A stretch of 64,000 nt of DNA from Chlorokybus atmophyticus (GCA_009103225.1 RHPI01002090.1:1163932-1227931); one strand, 5' to 3'. Positions 38,424 through 52,900 are shown, counted from the first letter of the stretch. Made by a program: numbers and translations. The notes: generated by a model not told the origin, from the sequence alone.

Positions 38424-39790
38424 ATGCAACCCGTGACATAGCACTGGTATTGCAACAGCCTGAGCCATTCCACTCAGGGTCTCCCACTGAAGGAATTGCT
38501 GACGACATCAGTTAGCACAATTTTTGGTTTTTGCGTCATGCAGGTTCTCTGTGATGCTTGCATTGCATATAACAGACGACCCAGTTGTCTGATGAGCTAT
38601 GTCAAATTGGATTTTTAGGATGGAACGTTCAAGCTTTGATATTTGGTGAAAGTACCATGGGTCCAATAACCTTGAGCATATCGCGCAGCATCATTGGATC
38701 TGTCAAACAGCTAGTTGGAGGACAGATCCGCATTACATAATACAATCTGACCTCATAGCAATCTTGCTGAACAACCTTTCTGTCAGATCACAAAGGATGT
38801 GTCATTACACTCACTATGCAACGGTGTCATTCTTTGCTAGTCGCCCCCAGCTGTACGGCAGACATGCACATGTAGCAAAAGATCCACTGCATGTTGGCAT
38901 CCCCATGACCACTATGTTGGAGTGTACTTGGCCGATCTGTTAATGTTAATGATCGTAAAAAGTGACAAGACTACGCAACCTTCAAGGCACAAAGACTAAT
39001 TGTTGTCCAATTTGGTGCACATTGATATTGGAGTATGTAGAAGTATGCAATGGTGGACATTTTAAATATGCACACGCACGCATGACCCCTCCCCTACCCC
39101 CCTTCCCGGGCCCTCAGTCTCCCTCCCTCGCTCTCTTCGAGAAAAAGCGAGAAAGAGGAAGTAAAATCGCAACATGAATGTCTCAGGCTTTGCAATGTTG
39201 TTACATGTATTGCCTTAATTGTGATTAACCTTGCATTAGCTTCCATACAAGTTCTTCAAATGTGCATGATTCTCGTTTGCCTGGTCTGTTGTATAAAGTG
39301 GATGGCTTGCCAAGAAGTTGGCAAAGCCTATTGCAAGACATGTGTTGAAGCATGCTTGTATGCAATCTGTCAGTGACTTATGATGTATTGCCAAAACACC
39401 TTAATCATTGACAGTTGACAAATACGAAGACTCAAAGCCTGTTTGAGGACATATAAGATTCCAAGTAGGGGGCAAAAGTATAAGTTGAAGCATAGAAAAC
39501 GCAAACGGAAGCATAAATGACAAGCTATATTATGATATGCAAGTCACAATTTCAATTTTCAATAATACCGTACCATGCTTATCTGATCGCCCCATGTGTT
39601 TTCCCTCATTTCCCAACTAAAAACCGCCTTGAACAAAGGCATGCTGCAAGGATCGTTATCTGTCCACTATATGTTATTCGGTCTTTATGTGAACCGCTAT
39701 TATAGACATATACTAATGTACATACCGTCACATTAACTACATATGTGGCCCACTGTAATGCAACAATAACACCAGCATCATGTGCAAGAT

Positions 39791-40315
39791 TGTAACGGGA
39801 GCAATAGTAATAGAGGTATTGCTACCTAAATTACACATTCTATATGAATAAGTATCTAAATATGCTTATTTATACCTCTTTTCTACGGTTCCTCGCTTAT
39901 TAAAGGCTATGTTGCTTTATCATAGCTTAAATAAGTCCCAATGGGTGTAGAACCGCTTATTCAACCCTATTTAGTGTCACATTTGATAAAATGAAATCAC
40001 TATCTCGTTAGGTACCTTACGATAGATATCTTTCGATAGGTACCTTATCAATAGGTACCTTATCTGAGCTGTGATTGGCTCACGCTAGATTTCCTAACTA
40101 TTCTATCTGTAGGGTCGATGTCTAATTGTGACTTAATTATCAAAAGGTGTATATTCAATATACTCTTGATATCAAAGATCACATCAAACTGATGTGAACT
40201 CACTTTCAGTTCTCTGCTCGGTGGCGGCCACGCCGCTGAAAGGCTTGTCATAGGCGGTGTGGGTGTTGGGGTAGAGGGTTGAAGGGGCATCACCGGCGAC
40301 GGTGGTGCTGTTACA
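39791..40315 (+). repeat. 5' LTR (525 bp)
   Basis: Starts TGTAACGGGAGCAAT, ends GGTGCTGTTACA. Roughly 90%+ identical by eye to the 3' LTR, with an extra short tandem ATAGGTACCTTATC unit. Confidence 0.95.
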
Positions 40316-40316
40316 T

Positions 40317-40328
40317 TGGTATCGGAGC
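40317..40328 (+). promoter_or_regulatory. Primer-binding site (tRNA-iMet-like)
   Basis: TGGTATCGGAGC right after the 5' LTR, one mismatch from the canonical plant TGGTATCAGAGC. Confidence 0.85.
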
Positions 40329-42126
40329 TGGGGGGTGACGTGAGGACTTATAGACGGCGGCGACCTGCTTCCTGCTTCAGAAGGTGGCGGCGGCAGCCTC
40401 CCATTTATTTACGTGCCCTGAAGTTCAAGTTTGCTTCCCTGCGCTACCTTCACATCCTAAAAGCCATTAAAGAGGCGGCTTGTGAGACAAATGGAAGAGA
40501 AGTCGGTGCCCACCTCGAAGGGGGAAAGCTCGCGAAAGGAGCAACTTTTCCGTAAGGAGAAGTTTCCATCCATGGAGGATATTGCCAACCCGGATGATGC
40601 ACCTGATGAGTCTCATGCTGCTAAGGATGTGGATGCCTTGGTGGAACCAGACGGGCCACCACCACCATCATTCGAGCAGCCTGAAATTTCAATTAGCTTG
40701 ACGAAATAGGAGCTGATGGACCACATTCTTGGATCCTATGATGAGGAGCCTCGTGAGGCGATTGTCTCGCTCATCAACTTCCTTTTTCATGTGGCGAAAA
40801 CGATCTCAAAACTTACCACCTTATGGGGCGAGATTGGGAGGGATCGATGGGTGAAGGCAAATGTGTTCTGAACATGATCGAGCGCCTTCAACGCTCTGAC
40901 AGCGGTCCACCTGTTTAGGCGCTTGCTCGTCCTGCCGAGTTTGTTCCCAACAAGCAAGCTGCAATTTTCGACTAGCTCATGAAGCTGAGACACTATGTCA
41001 ACTCCCTTCACATTTCTGAGGAGGGGAAGTTGCGTGTAGCTGAGTGGATGACTCTAAACGATGCTCTGGCAGAGTGGTACCGCCGTAAGCAACGTGATAC
41101 GAACCTCGGGCGGGAAGTAAATCAATACAACATGCTGTCACTGCATGTGTAGTTATCCCTCAATATCATGGCCCGTGGTCGCGATTGTTGAAAGGGGGAG
41201 AAGTAATTATGCAACTCTCACGTAAAGATACAGGAACTTCACCGTTACAAGTGATCTTTATCAAGCCTGCTACCAATCACGGCACTCGGACATTAGCTAC
41301 ATTTGATGGTCACGCAGTGCCACTCAAATGGAGATTTGAGAGTCAACTTATGGGCACACCATGTACAGCATTGATTGATACTGATGCAAAGCATATTTTT
41401 GTTCAACATGCTTGGGTGAAACGTAATAACATACCTTTCATACCAGTCACGTCGTATGTACGTGCTGCTGGTTCCACCCTCAATGCAGTTGTGGAGGTGA
41501 AATGGCGTTTTGCTATCAACAGCCACAAGAATTGACCAACTTTCATCGTGGTGAATATAGGCATCCCCGGGGTGGATGTTGTTTTGGGTAAACAGTGGCA
41601 CACCGAGGCAGGTTTGCAATAGGACTCTTGAGCAAATACGTGCACCCTTCGTAAGGGTAAACGTAAGGTGACGTTAACCGCACCTGTACCCGCACGTGTT
41701 GCTCGCGACAATGTTCCGCTCCTCTTTGCTATGCAATTGAAACGTTGCATGCGTAAACGTGAGGAAGTATATTTGATGCACTTACGACAGGTAGAGACAC
41801 CTGTTGAAAAGGCCGTATTCGACCCTGTGGTGCAATCACTTACGAAACAATACGCAGATGTATTTTAGGATGAAACTCCCGTAGTTGCCTCTGATAGAAA
41901 CATACATCATACCATTCCGATGGAAGAGGGGGCAAAGCCACCTTGGCGGCCTATCTATAGGCTAAGTCCCTTAGAACACGCGGAGATGGAAAACAGCTCA
42001 AAGAGTTATTGGACAAAGGTTTGAAAACAAAGAGCATATCTCCTTTTGGTGCACCAATTTGTTTATGCCCAAAAAGAATGGCAAGCTACGCATGTGTATT
42101 GATTACCGTGCGTTGAACAAGGTAAC

Positions 42127-42805
42127 GGTAACAATGCTCGTGCTCACATACAAAGCACACAAGTCATACAACACATGTGTGCAGCTGAGCACAGTTTTCA
42201 CACCGGAACCTTGTCTTCTCCCTCGCACGCACGCACGCGTCGAGCACGCACACGCACGCGAACACTACTACTTCCCACGCCAAGCAAGAACGCAGCAGTG
42301 TGCCTTGGATCACGCATCTCTCAAGCATACACCAGCATACTCACAACAGAGAGCAGAAAACAAGAGTTGGTTGTATTACACAGGGTTTCTATTTATACAA
42401 GCACAACAACCACGCAGCCTAATAACCAGGCGTTTTGTCGATGATTTACCAAAAATAAAGGACCTGTATAAGTGCAGACAGCTACCCCGCGCATTGGAGT
42501 ACCTGTCACGCGGCAGCTGACTGGGCAGTCCGCGTCACAAGGTACTGCGCAGCGGTAGCTGACTATGCAGTCCGCGTCACATGGCAGGTACCGTGCAGTC
42601 TGGTCGGCTGCGTCACCGCTGCCTCAGTAGGTCACGTCGCAGGCAGGCAGCTGCCGGGCTGGTCGCAGGCGAAGTTGCGCGCGGCAGCAGAGCACCGCCT
42701 GTACAGCTTGTAAAAGCCCTTCATAAAGCCTTAGTAAAGCCACAAAAAAGGCAAAACACATATTGTACATGTAGTAAATTATGGAAAAAGGCCCAAGCTG
42801 TTACA
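42127..42805. mobile_element. Nested 679-bp solo LTR (unrelated family) inserted in the RT coding region
   Basis: Flanked by 5-bp TSD GTAAC (42122-42126 and 42806-42810). Ends GGTAAC...GTTACA. Removing it plus one TSD restores RT ...ALNKVTVTNRYPLPRIDDLFD. Confidence 0.85.
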
Positions 42806-45461
42806 GTAACTGTGACAAATAGATACCCTTTGCCTCGGATTGATGATTTGTTTGATAAGCTGTCAAGTGCGCAACAGTGTTTAGCACACTGGATTTGACC
42901 AGTGGTTATCATCAAATCAAAATCCACCCGTCAGATATACAAAAAACTGCATTTCGCACCCCAATAGGACACTTTGAGTATAAAGTGTTACCTTTTGGGT
43001 TAACAAATGCACCAGCTACATTTCAGGCAGCAATAACGCGGTATTTGCTGATGATTTGTACAAGTTTGTACTGGTATATCTTGACGACATTATTGTGTTC
43101 AGCAAAACCCAGGATGAACACCACAAGCATGTGGAATTGGTTCTAGCTAAGTTACGCGAACAATAATTCCATGCCAACCTCCAAATGCAACTTCAAAGTT
43201 TGCAAAAGATGAACTACCCTTTTTAGGGCATGTGATTGGCAAGGAAGGGTTGAAACCAGATCCTCAAAAGGTGTGTGCGGTGAAGGATTGGCCACCACCC
43301 AAGGATGTACATCGGTTACGTGCTTTTTTGGGGCTAGCCAATTATTTCCGCAAGTTCATGCGAGCATATTCTAGCATGTCAAATCCTTTAACATCCTTAC
43401 TGAGAAAGGATGTTAAATTTGTGTGGACGGAGGCACACGAGTTTGCTTTTACACGCATTAAAGATGCATTAACACGAGCCCCTGTGCTAGCCTTCCCCCA
43501 CCACACCTAGCCTTTTGTCGTGATCAGTGATGCTTCCACCATTGGGTGTGGGGCAATCCTTCTACAGGATGACAGACCATGTGCATATGAAAGCAGAATG
43601 TTCATTCCTGCTGAACGTAATTACACAACCACTAATTAGGAATTGCTCGGGGTAGTGCACGCGCTGCGCACATGGCGTTGCTACTTAAAAGGTGTGGAGT
43701 TTTCAGTGATTACTAACCACAACCCGCTCATATTCTTTCATACGCAACAGAACATGTTGAGGCGGCAAGCTAGGTGGAATGAATTCATTTCTCGTTTCAC
43801 TTTCACTTGGCAATACCGTCCGGGTCGCACCAATGTGGCGGATCCAGTAAGTCGTAGCCCTGCTCTTTTGGCACTTACGCGCTCTCGAAGTACGCGTAAT
43901 GTGCAACAGCCTAAAGATCCTTTCCCAAAGGAAGTGTCCACAGGTTATAACTCAGAGGATTGGTTTAGCAAGCAAACCAACTTGCAACAGCTTACTGCTG
44001 TTGGCAACCTGTGGTATAAAGGGGAGCAGTTGGCAATTCCCAACTCGGGCGACTTGCGTAAGCAATGCTTACAATCAGTGCATGACCCGCCGTATGCTGG
44101 GCATTTGGGGAAACACAAAACACTCAAAGTTGCGCAACAGTCATACTGGTGGCCGTTAATGTCAGCTGATGTGGATCAATATGTTCGCACATGTGACGTG
44201 TGTCAATGCAATGAGCCACTACGACAAAAACAAGCGGGATTGCTTAAACCATTGGTAATCTCAGAATAAAAGTGGGATAGTGTCAGTATGGATTTGATTA
44301 CTGCCCTACCTAAAACAGCATCCAAATACACTGCTATTGTGGTTTTTTGTCGACCGTTTGACAAAAATGGTGCATTTTGCCCCGTGTTGCACAATTGTGA
44401 GTGCACGAGACTTAGCACATTTCTTTGTGTCCATGGTCTTTCGAGTTCACGGTGTACCGCGTGAGCTTGTCACAGATCGTGATCCTGGGTTTGGCTCCAA
44501 GTTTTGGAGAGAAGTTTGTGAATTGTTTGGGGTAAAACAAAGCATGTCAACAGCTTTCCACCCGCAAACGGACGGACAAACTGAGCGAGCAAATCAAATA
44601 CTGAAAGAAATGCTTCGCCACTATGTGGCTCTTAAGCATGCCGATTGGGACAGGTACTTGCCTATGGCAGAGTTTGCTGTGAACAATGCGTGGCAGGAAA
44701 GTGTAAGGGAAACCCCATTTTTCTTGAATTATGGGATTCACCCGAACACACCAGCGTCATTGCGTGTACCTCGCAATGACTGTACCAGCGGCAAAGAAAT
44801 TTGCCACCAATATGCAAGAAATTTTGGCTCAAGCCAAGCTATGTCTGTCAGAAGCACAGGACAGGTAAAAAGCTTATGCTGATACACATCGAAAAATGGC
44901 CACTTTCGATGTCGGCGATAAAGTTTTGCTTAACGCAAAGAACATGACCATAAAAGGTACGGGTGCTCGCAAGTTGCTGCCCCTATGGTTAGGTCCTTTC
45001 TCTATTACTGATAGAGTTGGTACGCACGCTTATTGACTGCAATTGCCCCCAAGTGTGCGTATACACAACGTGTTCCACGTGAATTTGTTGAAACCATACC
45101 GCTCAAACGGTAGAACACAGCCTCCACCACCACCGAGGTGGACAGCGAGCTCGAATACGAGGTGGAAACTTTTTTGGACCATAAGCTGAATAGTCGGACA
45201 CGCAACCCGCTATTTGGTGAAATGGAAAGGGTATGGCCCGGAACATAACAGTTGAGAGCCCGACAGGCATCTTACGCACTGCCGCGAATTGCTTCAAGCT
45301 TACTGGGACACACGTCCCGACCCGTTGAACTGTGGGCTTGGTTGATAACAAACTGGCAGTGCAGCTTCATTACCACCCTGTCATTTCCTGCTATCTCGCT
45401 GGTTACAATTACTCGAAATCAAGCCTGATCAACTTGAGTTCAACGAGGACGTTGAAAACCT

Positions 45462-45473
45462 AAGTGGGGGGAA
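45462..45473 (+). promoter_or_regulatory. Polypurine tract
   Basis: AAGTGGGGGGAA immediately before the 3' LTR. Confidence 0.85.
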
Positions 45474-45986
45474 TGTAACGGGAGCAATAATAATATGGGT
45501 ATTATTGCTACATAAATAACACATTCTGTATGAATAAGTATCCAAATATGCTTATTTATACCTCTTTTCTACGGTTCCTCGCTTATTAAAGGCTATGATG
45601 CTTTATTATAGCTTAAATAAGTCCCAATGGGTGTAGAACCGCTTATTCAAGCCTATTTAGTGTCACATTTAATAAAATGTGATCACTATCTCGTTAGGTA
45701 CCTTACGATAGGTATCTTTCGATAGGTACCTTATCTGAGCTGTGATTGGCTTACGCTAGATTTCCTAACTACCCTATATGTAGGGTCGATGTCTAGTTGT
45801 GAGTTAATTATTAAGAGGTGTAAATTTCATATACTTTTGATATAAAAGGTCACATAAAACTAATGTGAACTCACTTTCAGTTCTCTGCTCAGTGGCGGCC
45901 ACGCCGCTGAAAGGCTTGTTATAGGCGGTGTGGGTGTTGGGGTAGAGGATTGAAGGGGCATCACCGGCGACGATGGTGCTGTTACA
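45474..45986 (+). repeat. 3' LTR (513 bp)
   Basis: Starts TGTAACGGGAGCAAT, ends GGTGCTGTTACA, followed by the TSD AAGAT. Confidence 0.95.
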
Positions 45987-46919
45987 AAGATGATGTGCGG
46001 CTTATAACAATTGGCAATATTATTCGAGCAGAATATTGCAATGCCAGATACATAAACCATAACAGACGATAAGATCTAAAGAACCGTAGTGTAAATATTT
46101 TTAAACTGGTAAAGTAACATAAGTCGTACATTCCTACAATTGTCATGGTTGTAGGAAAGTAGAAATCATATTTTGACAATAACCCAATAAAATGTGTAAT
46201 TCACATGTACGTATGACTTGATCGCGAAATGCGCACATGTGACAACATTACAAGTATTTGTATGCTCAACCCTAAAACACAATTACAATCAGCATACTGT
46301 CAATTATATCCCACTCCTTTTGCAACGGTAGTTGCTATTGCTAGAATGAATTGTTGATAGACATTTCGAACATTTTAACATGCGTTGTTGCTGAATTTAC
46401 AGTGCTTTATATGTCATTGACAAAGTTGAGATGGCTTCCCACATTCTTCACCTTGTGAGAGTAAATCAAATTGTTTACTGGTATGCGCACCGTCTTTTGT
46501 ATGCTCATCTTACATCGGTAATGTCTTACGAGAATCATTTGGAGTGCTCTACTCCTCGTTATGGGCGAGTTGCAAAGACATGCATAGGCTAACGCCGCCA
46601 CAATAACATCACCAATAGGTAGCATGCATTGGCGTAAGCATAGGTCTAAGAAGGGCGCAGCGATTAACATGTACCACGCATCCACCCTTACTCATGCACA
46701 GCCTTAATTCAATGCAGTTCTTTGCCACCAATACTTGATGAACAGCAACTATTAACGATTGTGGAGTGACACACATTCCAACAAACGTGCAGGCGCCGAA
46801 GCTGAAGTTGCTACACAAGGCATCAGCCTGACACAATCTACGACCATGTACACCTCACAATCAATGACAATACACCTACTGTACATCAACAACTAACACA
46901 CTGCAGCAGCGAAGGATGC

Positions 46920-49900
46920 TCAGGACAAGTCAAAAGACCCTTGCCCCTCAGAGATAGCGTACAGCAGCCTCTCGCGCATGATCTCCTGCAAAAGTACCGT
47001 GCTTGAGAATCTTGTCAAGGCAAGGTGTACCGGTGCAACACAGCATAAACAAGCCAACACGCCACTCAATGAGCCTGGACAAACCTTGCATGAGTATGGC
47101 GGAAGCTTGAGATAATTTGCGCAAGTCATTACACTGGGAAGATCACCATCAGCAAGGGGTGTTCCCAATGCGTTCACCACATTGGGTGGGGTTGTGCCTG
47201 GTGCACCTGCACCAGTTGGATGCTGCAAGACAACACACAAAGTCAGTTGAACTCTGCAATTCACAAGTGGTGACCACTTGCTGCATTGCAAAATGACATG
47301 AGTACAGGCATACTATGAGATCTACATCTGTCAATAACAGGACACAATATTACCTTGCGGACAATAGTCAACTTCGGTGCGAGCCCTGCCAGACCACCCG
47401 GTGGCAGCCGTGGTGCGCCAGTGACAAATCGCAAAAAGTGGCGCTGTTCTTCCGGTGTAAACTCGCTGAGAATCTCCATCAGCTGCAGAGAAATACAAGT
47501 AAGTAGTGCGCATAGTGCACACAGTACCACAAGCACAGATGCAACGCTTATCTCACTTATTTGCAAACGTCTCACCTGTCGGATTGGTGGGCTGTTTGAA
47601 TTGTACCCATGATCAAACTTGATGTTTTCAGCCAAAGATTCCACCTGCATCCAGTTGCGGGACAAATTGAGTTGTATGCACAATCAGAAGGCCAGCACTC
47701 ACAAGCTGCTGCATTGATGCTACCGTACCGTCCATTGCTCGCCGCTTCCGCACAAAATGGCCTCCAGCTCTTCGGCCGAAAACACTTGCAAGCTCTTTAA
47801 TGCAAATACCTGTGCAATCACATGCAACCACATGCGTCAGCTGACTCAGCATTTAGTCCTGGATGTCAACTCAAGCAATTTGCAATGTGGGTAAGCAGAC
47901 AGTGAGACTCGCATAGCAGCCGCACCTGATTGAAGCCGGCAGTAAATGCATCCAGCTGCTCGGCAATGCCTGACTTGACGGTTGCATCCACCACCAATTC
48001 AACATACTCGTGCAGGTTTTCTACCGTCACCGAGATGTCTGCTCCGTTGGGTTTCAATTCATAATCTGGCTGACCAGGCAGCGTGAAGTCCAAGCAAAGC
48101 GCTTCAACTGGAGCTCCTCGCAGCAGCAACATATCACTTGAAGGACGCTCCCCGCGCTCCAAAGCGGCGCAGTGACGGTGGCTTAGAGCCATCATCTCTT
48201 CCAATGTTGCACCAAATGCAGGATCAAAGGAGCGAATGTCATACAAGTCGAGTTCCTGTATTGACGGGAATTTAGTGCTTCCACATCAAGAGAGGCATAT
48301 ACAAGCGCTGAACCTTTCTTACTTGACCAAGCATGAGCTTGTAGAAGGCAGCTGATAATGGAACATCCAGCAGGCGCCCATCTTGGAATGCCTTGGCAAT
48401 GACGCGCCCCAACAACTTGAACAACTCTGAAACTTTATGTGTAGCAGCCGCATCATGATCACTGTGCCCTCTGACGTCTTTTCCACGAGCAATCGGTGCA
48501 GGAAACAGCCCGAAAGGAGCTACCACATACTTGCTGGCATCCCAAGTACTACCCTTGGTAGCAGTCTTGCTAGGCGCATCTTCATCACGAGCCACAATAT
48601 CGCGAGCCGCAGTGTCAGTCGCCAACGCTGCACCTTTGCGCAGATCTGCAGACTGATGGACCCCTTCACTCCGCCACATGTTGAGCGAGCGTTTCTGCAA
48701 CTCGTGACTGACCAGCGTGTAAAACTCCAGTGTGGGACCCAGTCCTGTACCAACCTCACCAAAGTACTCCACTTCCAGGACCGCTTTGTGGGAGCTGTAC
48801 AATTCCATAACCTTCATGACAGAGTCCAGTATGCGGCTGCGAGAAACGCGCACTTTTTGCCGCTGCAGGCGTGCCATTCGAAACTCCCGCATGTCATAGT
48901 CTGAGTTTCCTCCTGTAGTATCTACAGTCTGCTGCTGCCGCAGCCGCTGCAAAGCACGGGAGAGGCCAAGTGCTGTGCAGTAGAAATACTGACATCTCCA
49001 CTCAAACGGAAACAGGGACGGACAGGCTCTCAAAAGCTGCGGACACCAGTCGGGTAGACTTCCACTGCAAAGAGTCAGAACGTCCTGTAGCTGTCGCACC
49101 AGCTTGGAGGTCAGCTTGCTGTTCAGGAATTCATCTTTGTCAATGCTGAAGAAGCTCTGCACTGACTTTGTCACATCATAGGCAAGGGCTCTTTGCAGTC
49201 GTAGTGCACTGCGACTAAGCAGCTCCACAAGCCTGAGCAACTGCAGCGTGTCGTAGGAAGGATCTTCTTGAGGAAGTATGCTGGCAACTGAAGGCAGCAA
49301 CAGAGCGTCTAGTGATGGCAGCAAATGAGTCCGTGTCTTCACCACCTCAGCCACCGCATCCTGTTGCTCTACACCACCCAGCACTCCAGCAACATCGTCC
49401 TGGTAGCGACTGTAACTTATTGTGAAGACAGAATCCCACCTGCTCCTTCCAGATGTGGTTGGAAGATCACCGCCTTCGTCATCAGTGTCATCTGCGCGAG
49501 CCTGACGCTGGATGGCTTGGAAAATGGACATCTGAGCCTCCAAGGGCTGTCCATCCAGATAAAACTGCAAACGAGGCTTTGAAACCAGCTTGCGATCCCA
49601 AGCTGAACGACTTGCATGCCCAGCTGCTGCTGCTGCAAACGAGGAAGGCTTTACACTGCCAGATGCACCTGATGACGTGCTCTGACCCAGGAGTGCAGAC
49701 AAGCCGCCTGCTTTGGTAGGTAATGTAGCTGCAGCGCTGGGGGCAAGGTTAACGGCCACATTCTGAGTGGCATCGTCCTCAGAACTGGAAACGCCCAATT
49801 GCACGTCATGGACATGTTCAGCTGTTGGAAGGATATGCTTGTCATCAAATAGATCATCTCCTTTGAGCGCATCATCCTCCAGAGCATCATCGTCGTCCAT

Positions 49901-52900
49901 GTCCTCGTCATCATCTGAGAGGTCAAACCCGTCAACAGGCATTGCGTCCTCTTCATCTTCGTCAGCAATTTCCCTTCCCAATTCAGCTGCCAATGCTTCA
50001 GCTTCAAGCCGTCGCGCAGCAGCTCCTGCACGGCGCAGCACAGCAGACAGACGACGCTTCTGTCTCTCCAGCTCCTTGTCAACAGCACGGGGCGAATTGA
50101 CATCACTAGGAGTTGCAACATTCTTCCCTTTCCGCCTGGCACTACTTCCACCGTCTCCTTTACTGGCTGTCAACGATGGTGAGGGCTCCGTTGCACTTGC
50201 CGCTGCTTTGCCAGCTGCTTCATGGCCAGTGCTTGCAGAAGCTGCGGCAGCGGCTGCGGCAGCGGCCTGTGCACGTGTTGTAACACCTGGGGTTGAGGGT
50301 CCTGCTGATGGTGAATCACTAAGAGGCGCAGATGGTGATGCAGAGGCTGCGACCTGCGGTGTACCTATTCCCTGTGGTGATGTATCATGCCTTCGGACAC
50401 GGGGCCATAAGAAGTCTTCTACTGCACCAAGCGTGGCCAGAGGTTCTATCAGCACAATATTGGTGGAGTAATCTCTGAGATTGCGCTCCTGAGGAGCCCT
50501 GCATAGACGCAACTTGAATGGCTGCATAAGAGCGCTCAGTCCAGAACTATTGGCCGAAGTTCCTTGGCCACCCATGGAGGTAAAGATGGAGCGTGGTGCT
50601 CTGCTCAAGTACACAGGAAACTTCTCCACGGAAGCCAATACCTCCTGAAGTTTGCGCACTAACACCAGACCTGGAGCACGCCCACAATTCGCCTTTGACA
50701 AGGCCAGTTCCGAGAATTTCAACAGTCTCTGTAAAAGGACATCAGCATCCTGCTTGCTGCCAAGGTCAGTGCCAGTCAAGTAGGATCTCAAAGCCGCCAC
50801 CACGCCGCTACCTATGACTTCAAACGTTGATACACCCTCAGTGCCATTCAGCAAAGCCAGTAGCTCAAATAAGGCTGACATCTTCTTTTCCTCAGAATCG
50901 CGCTTGGATGTTAACCGAGCACCAAGTTGGCGTAGCTGGCGCACCCCTTCAGTACCGATATCTGCAGCCCCATGTGCCTCCTTGAAAAATGTTGTTTTCA
51001 CGTAATTAGCTCGAGAAGCTGCTGCTGTGCGAAGTGCACTTGTACGAGGTGTTGCGCGCGGCAGGGCACCCTCAGCACCATTGAGACTTGCAGCTGCAGG
51101 TGGATATGATGCCGGCCTGCCGCCCGGCTCTGTTGGAGATCGGCGTCCAGAGCTGGCGGAGCGTCGGCCACGAGGCGTGCTACTTGTCACAGGTGGAGCG
51201 GATGCTGCAAGAGTATCCAGTGCATGAACAACACCCTCACGCACAAAGGGTTTGGCAAATAGCTTAGGCAGCTTCTCCATCAACAGCTCAGCAAATTGCA
51301 CACCACAGGCAGCAGCGGTTGCATCCTTGGAAAGCACCAAGCTGGAGATGAAACTGCACAGAGACATAGCACAGCATCTGAGACAACGCTTTGAACAGTT
51401 CAGCAACAACCGCAGCAAGACACTTCGCAGCATGAGAAGCCACGCCAACAAGTCAACTGACGACTTGTGCAAACACTAACCTTGCAATTGGGGAGTCTTG
51501 CACTGCAGACTGTTGAAGCATCTCAGGAGTTGCGAAGTACAACAACTTATGTAGTGCTGACAGACACTTGTGCCGGACAGCTGGAGTTGTCGCGCTGAAC
51601 ACCTGCTTAATACAACTTGAGACACCATAAATCACATACAGGAAGAAGAGAATTACAAAACATATCTTGCTCACCTGTAGCAGGACAAGCGACAAGTCCT
51701 GAAGAAATTGCTGCAGCAACTGTGGATGCAGCCGGAGGATGACTTCTTTGGGAGAAGGCAATACGGCAGTTACGGCAGTGTCATCGTCTTCAGTAGCTGG
51801 CGTCGTACGTGTACTTGGACGCCTGGCAATACGCGCAGGGCCAGCAGCATCGGCAGTTGGGCTCAAGAGACTGGCAGACTCCGGCAGTGGCGGCAATAAT
51901 TCATTCGCCAAGGATACCATCTCATAAAGCTGCGCAAGAAAGGGTTGATGCATGATCAAGGAATACGTGCAAGTAAACGCAACTTGACTCGCAATACCTG
52001 GTCAGACGGACGTGCAACAGATGACGGGGAGGCAGAGATGCTTGCAATAAACCCAGCATTGCTCAGGGTATCTTTTATGGTCCTGGTTATGCCATTCTCC
52101 AGCAAGACTTGGGCCACAACCGGAGACCCTCCAGCGCAGGTTGCAAGCAGTCTGGTTACACTCTGCACATGCTAGGTGGTGAGCTTGCCAACAGCAGGAA
52201 TGTGACGGTTAAGAGTGAGACCGCATGCGAGGGATGCGGTCTCACTCTTACCGCTTATCTCACGTTGCACTTTGATATGCATGCAAGTAACAACCAGCGA
52301 ACCACATGCTTGCTTAACAAACTTTACCGCAGTAGTCACGGGGCTAAGGAACACTTGATTGCCTCCAGTGGTAGATATCAAGCGCATCGCTTCAGATATA
52401 AGCTCCTGAGAGCATAGAGTCTCTACCTTCTCAGGGGACCCGACACAGCTTGTAGCTAGGCGAGTAAGGCAAGTTATGGCATGTTCAACAACCTGCATAA
52501 GCAATTGCAAGCAAACGAAGTCAGTACGAACGCCAGCGACTGCATGTCAGGCACGCAACGATACCAATGTGGTCACATGCAAGTAGTACACCCCGTATAA
52601 GTACCTTAGCATCATGGTGCTGAAGAAGCCCTGTCAACATAGGTGCTGCTTGCAACACAAGCTGATTGAGGTCAGGTGTAAGGTTGCGGCAGATGTTCGC
52701 AGCTGTGGATACTGCGACGCGCTGCAACCATTGCAAACTTGTCAGTGCACAGATGCAACGCGTCTAGGCGTGCATGGCCGCCATGCACGACTTGAAGCAG
52801 CATCCATAAGCACTTCTGAACTCACCTGCACACTGGACGGAAAGAAATCCAAGAAAGACAAAACCGCCATGAGCCCTCCTGCACGTAATACTGCTGCAGG

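Larger units (their letters stand above)
39791..45986 (+). mobile_element. Full-length but decayed Ty3/gypsy LTR retrotransposon with integrase chromodomain (chromovirus)
   Basis: Paired LTRs TGTAAC...GTTACA, 5-bp TSD AAGAT (39786-39790 and 45987-45991), PBS and PPT. Order is gag, PR (ALIDTDAKH), RT ([16 protein letters not shown]), RNaseH (SDAS), INT (H-H-C-C, SMDLIT, TDRDP, HPQTDGQTER), chromodomain (YEVETFLDH...LVKWKGYGPEHNS). Many stops and frameshifts. Confidence 0.97.

Noticed and set aside
39700-46100. Removing the retrotransposon restores a short frame containing NARYINH, reminiscent of the SET-domain RFINHSC motif
   Set aside because: Only about 30 codons between stops and no other SET motifs; consistent with chance.
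46268-46277. AACCCTAAAA telomere-like motif
   Set aside because: A single copy, not near a gene start and not arrayed.
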